Part shown: piece by piece, positions 1 through 11,503 of the stretch
Layout: every line of letters starts with the position of its first letter
Numbering within the stretch: position 1 is the stretch's first letter
Source of the DNA: Macrostomum lignano
Lineage: Eukaryota
Length of the DNA stretch: 64,000 bases
Reading direction: 5' to 3'
Assembly: GCA_002269645.1 (NCBI GenBank)
Contig: NIVC01000926.1
Coordinates: forward strand, 248,001-312,000
The notes under the pieces: generated by a model
What the model was told of the DNA's origin: nothing
The model's database searches: none
The model's input: only the letters and a program-made list of their open reading frames with translations
Translations under genes and position numbers: made by a program

Positions 1-808
1 GAGCTTGCAGAGCCGCCACGTAGTCAGCCACCGACTCTCCAGGTCGCTGTGCCCTCTGTCGGAAGCGGTACCTCTCTGCGACAACATTTATCCGGGTGGC
101 GAAATGCTTCTCGAGTAGCTCTTCCGTTGCCTCCAGTGTATCCGGGAGCGGCTGCTGCAGGGCCAGGTATATACGCTGCCCTTCCGTGCCTAAGCAGTGC
201 ACAAGCAGAGCCTGCTTACGTTTATCAGACAACTTGTCCATGCCTGACGCAAGCATGTAGTTGTCAAACATGGCTTTCCAGTTTTCCCAACGTAGGGGAG
301 GCTGTCCCGGACTCGGAAGGAATGGAGATGGCAAAGCAATGCTGATTTTTGGCTCTCCGGACATTTCAGGGTCAGTTGATGCAGAATTCTTTGCTCCGTC
401 AGGCATTTGTAGATCCTGCTCGCGACGCCAAGTTTGTTCTAACTGCCCTGTGGTGTCACTGGCTGACAAAGAAGTGCAAGTCTATAGACTGATAGATTTA
501 TAGCACACTTGGCACTCTTAACTGCTTAGCCCCTAATCTGAGCGGGCCTGTGTATTTAATCAAACAGTTTCTCATACCACCTCAACACGGGGCCTTAGAT
601 TGGCTCACAGGAGAGACCGGGTAAGGCACCGGCACATAGACATTACTCACACACAAACTGTAGGGTGGGGAGGCCGGGGATGAGACAGCTTAGTCATGCT
701 GTCTGTGCTTGGGAAAGGGGGCATGGGTGCACTGGGTACGCAGCAGATAGACAGGGTATCAAGCCTAGACAGGCTCTAACGTGTCACTCCTCGCTCACAG
801 TCACAACA
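1..808 (-). mobile_element. Ty3/Gypsy LTR retrotransposon, 5' end (LTR 435-808, PBS 413-430, gag start); runs off the left edge
   Basis: The minus strand translates without stops as ...MSGEPKISIALPSPFLPSPGQPPLRWENWKAMFDNYMLASG...RKQALLVHCLGTEGQRIY...HFATRINVVAERYRFRQRAQRPGESVADYVAALQAL, a Gypsy gag signature. The LTR is bounded by TGTT...AACA. The PBS TGGCGTCGCGAGCAGGAT follows the LTR. Confidence 0.9.
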
Positions 809-1231
809 ATTTGTCTTTCACTTTTTTATTTGTTTACACATGGAAGGAACTTAGGAAGCTATGGTAGCACTAGCAGAGCAGCGTTGAGAATTGCAACTTT
901 TGAAAAAACAACTTTTGCAGCGGAAATGCATCGGACATGGCACAAAAATTAGAAAGTAAATAAAAAGCACAATGGCACAAATAAAAGCTAGTTCTGCAAG
1001 GTTCACATTTTATAAAGGTTTGTTCACATTCACATCGCTATCAAAGGACCCGTTTTGGTTTAAAAGTTATTAAATAATTAAATGAAGCTAAACAAAAATT
1101 TATAATTCTGATCTTTGAATCGTGTCGTGTGAACAAGCCTTCAGTTCAGTGGCTCCCCAAATTAGGAAGTAATCCGCCATGAAAAAAGCCTAACAAAAAC
1201 AGAACGGCAAAAGTTATAAAAATATAAGAGA

Positions 1232-4200
1232 TTAAAGATCGCTTCCGATATTCGTATCAATGAACAGAAGGCGCTGAGCAGACTCCGGGCTTAAACGATT
1301 GCGCTTCTCGGTCACAATTAGATTTTCTGCGCTGAAAAGCCTCTCAGAATCGGCACTGGACGGCGTAATGCAAAGATAACGGCGAGCCAAAGCCGCAAGC
1401 CGTGGATAGGAAAAGTTATTTTGAGCCCACCATTTTAGCGTGGCGACTGTCTGGGCTTTCGGATCCGCAGGCCGCGACAGGAGGGGCTCCTGAAAGTACA
1501 CGGATATTTCTTTTTGAGCCTGCTCCCTAGTCAACTCGATGGTCAAAGTTGGAGTGGCTGACGCCACATTGGGGCTCCACGAGTCGAAGGCCTCCAGATC
1601 AACAGTAGCAGCTCGGCGTCTTTCTGAGGCAGAAGCGAATTCCGTCTCCATTGGAAGCGTATCATTTGATTCTCCCGAGGAAGATGAAGATGTAGACTTG
1701 TTGCTAGCTTCATCGTCTCTGTGTGTTTAAAAGTAAAAATGTGATTTTTTACATATAGATTGCAAAAAAAATTGTAGAAACTAGGACAATATTGTTTTTA
1801 ACTGTTTTTGCATTATGGGTAATACGAGCCGTATATTATAACTCTTTCTTAAACGGATTACGGAATCATAGATATTTGACATTTAAAACTAAATTGTGGC
1901 TTAACTTTTGAATCTTAAATTAGTATCTGATTCTGATACAAAAGTAAAAATTAAAATCTCATGACTCAGAATTATTTATAATACATAAAATAAACTATAT
2001 ATGAGTTACAGGCATACTGAGTGCGAGTGGAGGCAGTAGCTGACGCATTCTCTGCTGAACTAGCAGCAGAACCAAAGTTAGTAGGCAGATTAGAAGCCGC
2101 AGTACGCTGCCGCTGCTGTCTCTGATAATTATCCTCGTTTTCGCACATTGCGTTCAATAGAATTTTGCGAACACTGCGTAGTGTATCAGCATTCGAACGG
2201 AAGCCGAAGTCCCGGTAGTGTGGGTCAAGCATTGTGCTGACAACGTGAAGTTTGCTTTGACCAGAGAGAATGTTCTCAAAGCGGTTCTCTAGGGACTTGA
2301 GAATGACGCTAGCCATTGTTCGAACTTCAGATTCCTCTGGGGCAGTGGTTGCAGCCAGCTTCACGTAGGAAGGCAGCCAAGCCACGGATCTTAATAAAAA
2401 CGGGGTTTTTAATGAAATTAGGAAGTGGTAATTAACTATAATAATAAGTAATTTCTCTATTAATGTTTCATTTCATTGACTATCTTTTACATAGAACACT
2501 TGATGCTAGCATCGATAATTATCTTGATCGATACACGTAGGTACAGTATGGCACAGCAGGTGTAGGCACTGGGCACAATAATACATGTACATGTATATCA
2601 AATCGTACTTAAAATTAGAGGATTAATTAACATACCTTTGGAAGTACCACAGAAATGAGAGAGCCACTCGAGAGTGTCTGGCTGAGCTGACGGATCGGAC
2701 GGAGTATATAGATGACTGGGTTGATCAAATCCCACTCATGGCAAGTCAGTGGATTTGGTTTCATTGCATATCGTGAGCAGTACAGCTTTACGACTTCAGC
2801 CTGAGAAAAGGTTAGTGACATAACTGTTATATAAATTATAAAATATTGCAAGCTGTGATTCACAACTAAGCAAATTGATGAATGAATTTACATGTACATG
2901 TAACGAAATCAGTTCAAATTTCAAACTCAAAAGCAGTTTAGAGTTGAGTCTCAATAGACTAGTACTCTAGTATAAAAAAAGTTACTAAAAATAGCTAAAT
3001 AGCTCAAAATAGATTCACCTGCAACTGACAGGACTCGAGCATGGTCAGTTGCGAATCCCAGCGTGTCTTGACACATTGAACAAGGCGGCTCTCGGATTGT
3101 TGACCCAGGAAATTGCAGCAGCTGCGCCATTCGTCACTCGCCTTGACAGACTTGTGGAAGTGCTTGACAATTTTACGACACTTGGTTACCAGGTCATTGA
3201 TGCTGCGCTGCGCTGGCTGCTTGGTCCTGTCATCAGGCATGGCATCGCGGACACAGTTCTGCAGCTTATGAATTGCACATGACTCCCGAGGCAACTGTAA
3301 AAATGAATTTAATTATGAGTGAGACATGAGTATGAAGTTATGGACATCATCACGTAGGTCTAGGTCTAGGACTAGGACTCTAGGTAGGATATATAGAACT
3401 ATACGAGTAGAATAGATTTCATTTTTAGTATATAGGATGACATAACTCTATGCTTATCCCTAGGATATGACTTACTTCAAGGTTACGTATAGCAGACTGC
3501 ATTGCAGAGCCCTCATCAGTCACAATGCAAGTAACCTTGTCTTCAATGCCAAAGCTGCGAAGAACTGGACGAATAGCATCCGCCATGTTAGCTCCAGTTG
3601 ATGGCCCATCGATTGGAGCACTGCATAACGTAACTTTGCGAAGTTGAAAATTTTGTCGGATCAATTTTGCAGTGAGGCTTACCACAGCCCACTTTCCATT
3701 CATGCTACTCCACTCATCACTTGTACAAGCAACATAGCATGCATTGTCCAATTCATTTTGAACTTTGGCATGGACTTCGTAATAGATTGATGGTATAACA
3801 ACTTCAGCAAAGTGCTTTCGCCCTGGCATTTCATAGTAAGGTGCTACAACACGCATTAAATAGTGGAAACCAGAGTACTCAACCAGCGAATATGGCAAAT
3901 GGTCAACAGCAATCATAGTGCCTACAAAAAAGAATATAAAAAGCAAAATCATGATCATTAGTATGAGTTAACAATTATATTATTATATATAATAATTTAA
4001 AGATATATAATTCTCTATGGCTATGCTTTTGCTTTATAATTACTATTATTGTATTTATTTACTACTATATCATTCATTTCATTATACATTATATTTATTA
4101 TTTTTATTTAATTTTACATAAAAAATTCAATCCAAATAAATTATTAAATATTATAGAATTTGTTAGTTTACAAAATTTATATTTATTAATAATAGAATAA

Positions 4201-4670
4201 CAAAAACCAAATTACCTACCTATTGCATTAGTCAATTGCTCTGGTGGAACTTGCGACAGTTTTGCCATAAGGCGTTGTTGGCATTCTTCTAAAGTTGCCT
4301 GATGTAGGCGCACCTTTTTGATTGGTGGCAGATAATCAACACCAGTGGCTGCATCTAGTTCTATTACTTCAGATGCACCATCTTGGCACTGGATAGTAGC
4401 AGTAGCAGCAGGTTTATTAGAATTAGAATTAGAACAAGAAAGAAAACCATCTTCAGAGTTTCGCAAACTTTCCATATTCTGACGCTCATTTTCAAGCTCT
4501 GGATGCTGAGACTTGATATGAGCTATCATACCACTATTTGTAGATTTTGCTGCAATAGTGCCTCTCGAGATTACTTTTTTACATGATTTGCATGTTGCAG
4601 AAAGTCGATCCTCGGAGATAGTAAAAAAAACATGGATGGATGACTTCGTGCGAGAGAGTCGAAAAGCCAT
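1232..4670 (-). CDS. hAT-superfamily transposase (BED zinc finger + DDE + hAT dimerisation domain), 6 exons, one apparent 1-nt frameshift
   Basis: Exons (minus): 4670-4220, 3921-3476, 3294-3019, 2800-2636, 2389-2018, 1718-1232, all GT-AG. Motifs: BED finger (CKSC...H...H), TSDEWS, VTDEGS, CAIH, TRWDS, LKWW...YPRLAALARRYLCITPSSADSERLFS. Exon 5 is 372 nt where phase requires 371. Confidence 0.88.
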
Positions 4671-5129
4671 ATCTAACTCTTATGCTTATATCTAGGACCT
4701 AGGTCTAATCAAAACAAATCAAATTCAAAACAAATTCAAAACAAATTCTAATTACAACTCAAATTCTAATTCTAGTACTACTTACTGACTATAGCTAATG
4801 AGTGACATATATATATACAGTGACCCGTGCAGTTGCAGTTTTGCATTTTGAAAAAACCTGTTATTACACTTAAAAAAATTACCAAAATTTTTCCGTAACT
4901 TCAGGTTTATTGTCTTACGGGTCCCTAGGTTTAGTAAATTTACTTATTTAACTTTTTTTTAACATATATTGCTGCAAAATAGACAATCGTAGAAAAAAAG
5001 AATAACGTGATAATTTTGCTCTTTGCCTTTTAATTTTCTTTCTTTTAAGTTTTTAGTTTCTTTATTTTACGGGTTGCATGCTTTGGTTTCGTGATTTGTA
5101 ATATTTATTTTAGATTTGAATTTTAGAAG

Positions 5130-5245
5130 CACATTCGGAAATATTCGGAAAAAATTTTTCCGAATCCGAAACATTCGGATTCCTATAAAAGTAAGACTTT
5201 TTTTCGGATTCGGATTCCGAATCCGAATATTCGGATCCATCACTA
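5130..5245 (-). repeat. hAT 5' terminus: TIR TAGTGATGGATCCGAATATTCGG plus ATCCGA/TCGGAT subterminal repeats
   Basis: The plus strand reads ...ccgaatattcggatccatcacta, ending at 5245, preceded by clustered ttcgga/tccgaa motifs. It lies about 575 bp upstream of the transposase ATG. The partner TIR is not in the window. Confidence 0.7.
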
Positions 5246-5330
5246 GTTTAAAAATAGACCTAGGTATTAAAAAACTTGAGTTAAAAAAGTTTTTAATTTA
5301 AGTTAATTTAATTTAATTTAACTTTGGTTA

Positions 5331-5666
5331 CTGGGTTTTTTTAGGCCATATGGTAGCCACTGGCTACCCAAAAAAGCCATTGGCAACTAGATTTGTGGCA
5401 TCAGAGGCCAATCTAGCAACCAACTTGAACTAAGGCAGTTGCCAATGATAAAACAGTTTGTCACATTTTATTACTGCTAAGATTGGCTTGGCTGAAAACC
5501 TGAAGCCTGAGCTGATTTAGTGATTTGAGCATATTATTTTTTGTCAATTCATGAAAATTGTTGCAAAAACAACTTTATAAAGTGGGACACTGAAATAGGC
5601 CAGTTGCCAATTGGCAACTAGATTTTGAGCTCCAGTTGCGTTGCCATTGGGACGAAAAAAACCCAG
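5331..5666. mobile_element. 336-bp MITE with TIR CTGGGTTTTTT and 8-bp TSD TTTGGTTA
   Basis: ctgggtttttt at 5331 and aaaaaaacccag ending at 5666; tttggtta at 5323-5330 and 5667-5674. Confidence 0.75.
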
Positions 5667-5774
5667 TTTGGTTATCATAAGTTTGCCTGTCATAAAGCTA
5701 AAATTCAAACTTGGAATAATTCTTAATTGACTTATTCTCTTTCTAAATATAAAGTCTCAACTCTATAGTTTCAT

Positions 5775-8700
5775 CCCATCGAACTTTTCATGCAGAATTT
5801 CGCCCGAATTTTTTGCATTCACCCGGAATTTTTTCATATTCCAGTAATGCAATCCGATCTGGGTGAAAATTTCGGATCTGTAACGAAAGCTTACAGAATC
5901 CAGGCGAATTTTCCGGATCAAAAAGAAAATTGGGCGACAGTTCCAGGCGAATTCCGGGCGAGTGAACCGGATCTGCAGCCGAATCTAGGCTAATTCCGGG
6001 CGAGTGAACCGGATTAGCACACAATTCCGGGCAAGTAAACCGGATCAGCACACAATTCCGGGCAAGTGAACCAGATCAGCACACAATTCCAGGCGAGTGA
6101 ACCGGATCAGCACACAAATCCAGGCTAATTTTGGGCGAGTGAACTGGATCAGCACAAATCCGGGCTAATTTTGGGCGAGTGAACTGGATCAGCACAAATC
6201 CGGGCTAATTTTGGGCGAGTGAACTGGATCAGCACACAAATCCGGGCTAATTTTGAGCAAGTGAACTGGATCAGCACACAAATCCGGGCGAATTCCGGGA
6301 AAGTGAACTGGATTAGTACATGAATCCAGGTGAATTCTGGATGATTGAACCGGATTTGCAGCCAAATCTTGGGCTTATCACAGTAGCAGAAAATTAAATA
6401 AAGAACGGGTCATTCTTCCATACATTTTCCATGACTACGAATTGAATCAAATTTGATTTAGCCGTCCACGAATAGAAATACTGAATTCAGTTGTGCACAA
6501 CTGTAAATCGTATATTTCTATGCACTTCTATGTACTTTCAGAAACAAAAATGCTGACCTTCTGAATGTCACTCAGATGGGCAGCTGGACTTCGATGCTAC
6601 CATTAACTTTTTTTGAAGCCATATACGGTTTTATATACCTTATCGCGACATTAGCTACTCTTCAGGGATCCCCATCGCCTACCTCTGATTGCATCTGTCA
6701 GGTGGGTCACTCGCTATATAGCTAATTAGCTAGTTAACTCAAGTCAGATGACTTGTCTATTCACTTGCTTAAGAATTGTAAAGATCTCCGCAAAAATGAA
6801 GGAACAACTTTTCTCTCCTTTCTAGGACCTATCAGGGCTCATAAATGTAGACAGCCAATGTCTCGAAGAGCGTTTCTAATGAAATCAAATCCAGCAAATT
6901 TGGCCTTAACAAAAACCTAGAAATTAATTGCAAATAAATGCGGTGGTGGTGTTATGCACTCGATCTTGGACATCACCCGCATTTCACTCCTCGAGTAGCT
7001 CGCCATCTGGAAATATATGTTTTCAGAAGTCAGCCCCTCATTTTCGGCAGCACTGGCGATTCGTTACGCCTTCACCTAGTCCGCCTTCTTTTGCCGCTCT
7101 GCGGCTGGACGAGATTGAAAGAGCACTGCCTGGCTTCTTGCCACAGTCGTGTCAGATTCCAACGAGCTCATAGCGGAGATAGCTTCCAATTGAAGAACTT
7201 CAGCTTTCAGCTGACGATTTTTGGCTTGAGCCTCCAACAGCTTTTTACGAACTCCGCTCAATTGATGGCCTATTAAGTACATAAAAATGAGGAGAGTGGC
7301 GAAGCAGATTCAAACTTAAGAATCGACAACACTTATATATATACAAGGCTGCTAACGTCTTCTAGTATATGCATAAAAAACTTACACAGTTCGTCCTCGG
7401 CTTTGCCTTGGGCCCGAATCTGATCTATCATTGTAGTGCATGACGGGCATCATGACGGCTGCGGTTGCTGCGACGGCATACGCGCCAAAGCAGTTGCTTC
7501 AATCGCTTGGGCCTTTCTATCCAAAGGCCCCTTCTAGAAAGTGGCGGAATACAGGGATCCGGTACTCTTGTTAGCAGCCGTGACAACGTGATCTGCTTAC
7601 GGCTGGTGCAACTGCAAACGCCTTAGACAAACCAATAGAGCATGCACCGACAAAAATCGGATTAGCGTCTATCTTAATAGGAAAGCTGCTTTGCATACTG
7701 GGCCAGTTAGAGCTATTTGGAACTATGCCACAGTCTCTGTCTAGACACCCAGCTGTGCCAAACAATATGGTTGGCTGATTTTATGCTTCTAAGCATCAAA
7801 TATGACGATAGAATCATGCAGCCCGTTGACATACTAAGCAGCTGTGATAGACTACATGCCAGTGGAAGTCAAACCTCTCGCACACAAACAGGGCGCAACA
7901 ATTTTTCAATTGTCACCTGTACGGAGGATAGGCTCAGCCTCACATTACGGACGCTACAGTGCCGCCGTAAAGCAGATAAGTTGTCTCATCAAAGCGAGGC
8001 TTTATTAACCCTCACAGGTCAGCTTAGCAGCTGCCTTGAGCCACAACAGAAGCGAGGATTGATTATCCATCGCAGGTCAGCTTATCAGCTGCCTTGAGCC
8101 ACACAATATGGTTACCGACCATAGTAGTCCGTATAGACTACTCTAGACGTGATCTGCTCACGGCTGGTACAACTGCAAACGCCTTAGACAAACCACTGGA
8201 AGCATGTACCGACAAGAATCGGATTAGTGTCTATCTTAATAGGAAAGCTGCTTTGCATACTGGGCCAGTTAGAGCTATTTGGAACCATGCCACAGTCTCC
8301 GTCTAGACACCCAGCTGTGCCAAGCAATATGGTTGGCTGATTTTATGCTTCTCAGCGTCAAATTTGATGATAGAATCATTCAGACCATTGACACACTAAG
8401 CAGCTGTGATAGACTACATGCCAGTGGAAGTCAAACCTCTCGCACACAAACAGGGCGCAACAATTTTTCAATTGTCACATGTATGGAGGATGGGCACAGC
8501 CGCACATTACGGACGCTACAAAGCCACCGAAAAGCAGATCAATTCACATTGCAATTTCGAAGCTTTATTACCCCTCGCTTTCCAAGAAGAATTAGCGCTG
8601 TTGACCAAATGGATGCCAGGGATTGCCTGATGGGATAGCCATTTGCTGGGGTCTGTATTCAGCGGTTTTCCATCGGAGGCTTCTTCTTAAAATCCCCATG

Positions 8701-9367
8701 GTACTTGTATAATGGATACCGGATTGATTCCGACTCAAGTCCCAAAAATTTCCCGGATCAGCTTCGCCCGGAATTTGGCTGAAATTCAGGTCAAGGGAGC
8801 TGATCCGGGCAAATTTTCCGGATCACTGGGGAATTCCGACTCAAGTTCCAAAATTTTCCCGGATCAGCTTCGCCCGGAATTTGGATGAAATTCGGGTCAA
8901 GGTAGCTGTTCCGGGCAAATTTTCCGGATCATTTGGTCCAGATCACTGGGGAATTCTGACTCAAGTCCCAAATTTTTTCCAGATCAGCTTCGCCCAGAAT
9001 TTGGCTGAAATTCAGGTCAAGGGAGCTGATCCGGGTGAATTGATCATTTGGTCCAGATCACTGGGGAATTCCGACTGGAGTCCTGAAATCTCACCTGGAG
9101 CCGGAACATTTTCACCCAGAACACTATTGAAATTCGGGTGTACACCCAGAATTCCATAGTGTTCCAGGTGAAAAATTCTGGAAAATCCAACCGGAACAGC
9201 TTTCCTTTTCCTGAAATTTTACCGGATCATATTTCTGGATCTTTTTCTGGAAAAACGGGCTATTCCGAGCCCAAAAAGCTGATCCGGGCGTTCACTCGGA
9301 AATGAATTAAAAATTGGGCCTGGATCACAAAATTCCGGAAAAAATTCCGGGTGAAAAGTTCGACAGG
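5775..9367. mobile_element. CACTA/EnSpm (CMC)-like non-autonomous or decayed DNA transposon with large subterminal repeat arrays
   Basis: Termini CCCATCGAACTTTTCA and (reverse complement) CCTGTCGAACTTTTCA, flanked by AT on both sides. AATTCCGGGCGA-core repeats occur at 5800-6370 and, inverted, at 8730-9350. There is an internal ~562-bp direct duplication and no intact transposase. Confidence 0.65.
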
Positions 9368-10319
9368 ATTATAGTAGAAGCTATAAGCATATAAAGTTAA
9401 TCTGCTTTTTCAGGTTTTAGGCCACTTTCTCCTTCTCTCCTAGACCAAGGCTCAGGCAATAGGGCTTACTAAACATTGCTAAAGGATCTAAGCCAAAACA
9501 ATCAGCTTAATAGGTTTTGACTTTTAACCCTTATTACTATTATTATGTATAGACTTAAGACATTTTTTACCTTAAAGCCTTGATAGAAAATCTAGCTGAT
9601 AGAAAATGCAGGCCATTATAAAGAAGTGTGACAGGGCTCTTTCTCTTGTCTTTACAAATATCCTACCACTGCCACTAGCTGTTGTAGGGTACTTTCTTTA
9701 ATAATAATATCCCCACTACTATCACCAGCAGTTGTTGGGCTATTCTAACTCCTATTTTCTGGTTTCCTAAAGCTGCTACTAAAAGCTGTCAAATTTCTAT
9801 ATTCTCTTAGTTAATGTATTCTTGCATGTACTTTAGTTATGGGTAGCATGACTATGACTATTTCTATTCTTATCTTGGTAGCATCTATTTATCTATTGGT
9901 AGCAGTTGTACCTTCACTATACTCTTTAGCCTGAGTGTCTAATGGCACTGTCTATTTCTACTATCTCTCAGTCTTGGGTGTTCCCAGGATCAGAGGGTCA
10001 CAGCCTTATGCAGTTTTCTCTGCCCTGATGCAGTTATATACTCTATAGGGTTATTGCCCTGAGGCGATTCTCATTCCTTAGCAGTTCTTTAATTCTTCCA
10101 ATAAGGGGCTTAATACTCTAGAAAATGAATAAGTCAATTTGAACAACTGCTATTTAAAGATTTAGTAAGGACTTATTAAACTTTTCTACCCATTGGATGC
10201 TTGCGGCAAGTTGCTTCTCTTGGCCTGCCCGAGGCTTCTATTTATACCAAGATTTCTTACAGTTTAAAACAAATTCTAGTTTGCAAGAATTTTTTTGTAA
10301 ATCACAACATTTTTTAGTG

Positions 10320-10815
10320 TGGAATTGAAAAAATGGTTTTCCAAGAAATATAGTACGCAATATAAGTGAATGGATGAAAAATTAAATGAAAGAACATAAA
10401 AGAAAATGAAAGGAAGAAAGTAGAAAAAAGATGAGAGTTAGTAGAGAGGAGAAAAGAAAGGAAATAAAGGAGAGGATAGTGGAAGGACAATAGATAAGAG
10501 AGTAGAGACGAAAGATAAAAGAGGAGAAAAAAGCAAAGAGAAAAAAACAAGAGATATATAAGAGAAGAGACAAAAGAATAGAGATAAAATATGATAGAGA
10601 AGAGACAAGAGAATAGAAATAAAGGTAGAAATAGGAGAGATAGAAAAGCGTTAGAAGGAAGAGAAAAAGAGGGGTAAAGATTAGAAGGGAGAGATAAAAG
10701 TAAAGAGACAGTATAGTGAGAAGAAAGAAAATCATAGAGATAAAATGAGAGTAGAGAGCAGAGAAAAAATAAAAAAGTAGAGGAAAGATAAGAAAGCAGA
10801 GAAGAAAGATAAGAC
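10320..10815 (+). repeat. Purine-rich (A/G) low-complexity tract
   Basis: About 500 bp of almost exclusively A and G on the plus strand (gaaaag/gagaag motifs). Confidence 0.8.
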
Positions 10816-11069
10816 ATAATAAAGTCTCAATCTTGACAATTTTATATATTAAAACTGACTTTCTGACTTTGTATAGAAGATTCAAATCTCTTTAAAAACT
10901 AATTTTCTCCATTTTTATTATAACTTGATTGCATTTTTTCAATAATGTTTATGCCTTAAAACTTTCTATTATACTGAGTTGCAAATGGAAAATCTATCCA
11001 GTATTTATATAACATATAAATGGGATTGAAATAATTGCAGCAGATATGCATAACCTTAAGATTGAATCA

Positions 11070-11185
11070 TCTATCTATTTCTATTGGCAACACATGTAAG
11101 TTGCTATTGGCTGAGATTAGTCATATGTCTACTATTCTATCAAATAGTGACTTATGTGTGTGTTGCCAATAGAAATGGCTAGTTA
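11070..11185. mobile_element. Short palindromic MITE (second, better-preserved copy at 38394-38525)
   Basis: tttctattggcaacac...gtgttgccaatagaaatggct is self-complementary and near-identical to 38400-38519. Confidence 0.7.
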
Positions 11186-11503
11186 GCATTCTTTGGCTCA
11201 TAGGAGAATTGTTAATATATCAAGGCTCATGCTAGAAATCACTAAGACACAAAGTTTAATTTTGTAATTTTGTAAAAATGGAAAAAGTGAAAATTCCAAA
11301 ATAAAATTCTAGTTGCAAAGCAAAAGCAACTCAATGAGTCTTGAAAAGTAAATGCCAGCTTCAAGTAAAAAATGATATGATTATTGTTCTCATTCAAATC
11401 TAAATGAGTCTAATATACAGTTGACTACAAGGCTCAATAAGGCTTCCCCTTTTTTCTTTCCACCATTATTAGAATAGTTGCTGAGATATATATTAAGACT
11501 TTT

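Noticed and set aside
10314-10885. Two 167-aa very hydrophobic minus-strand ORFs
   Set aside because: They arise from the purine-rich tract (pyrimidine-rich reverse strand gives L/F/S); no domain features.
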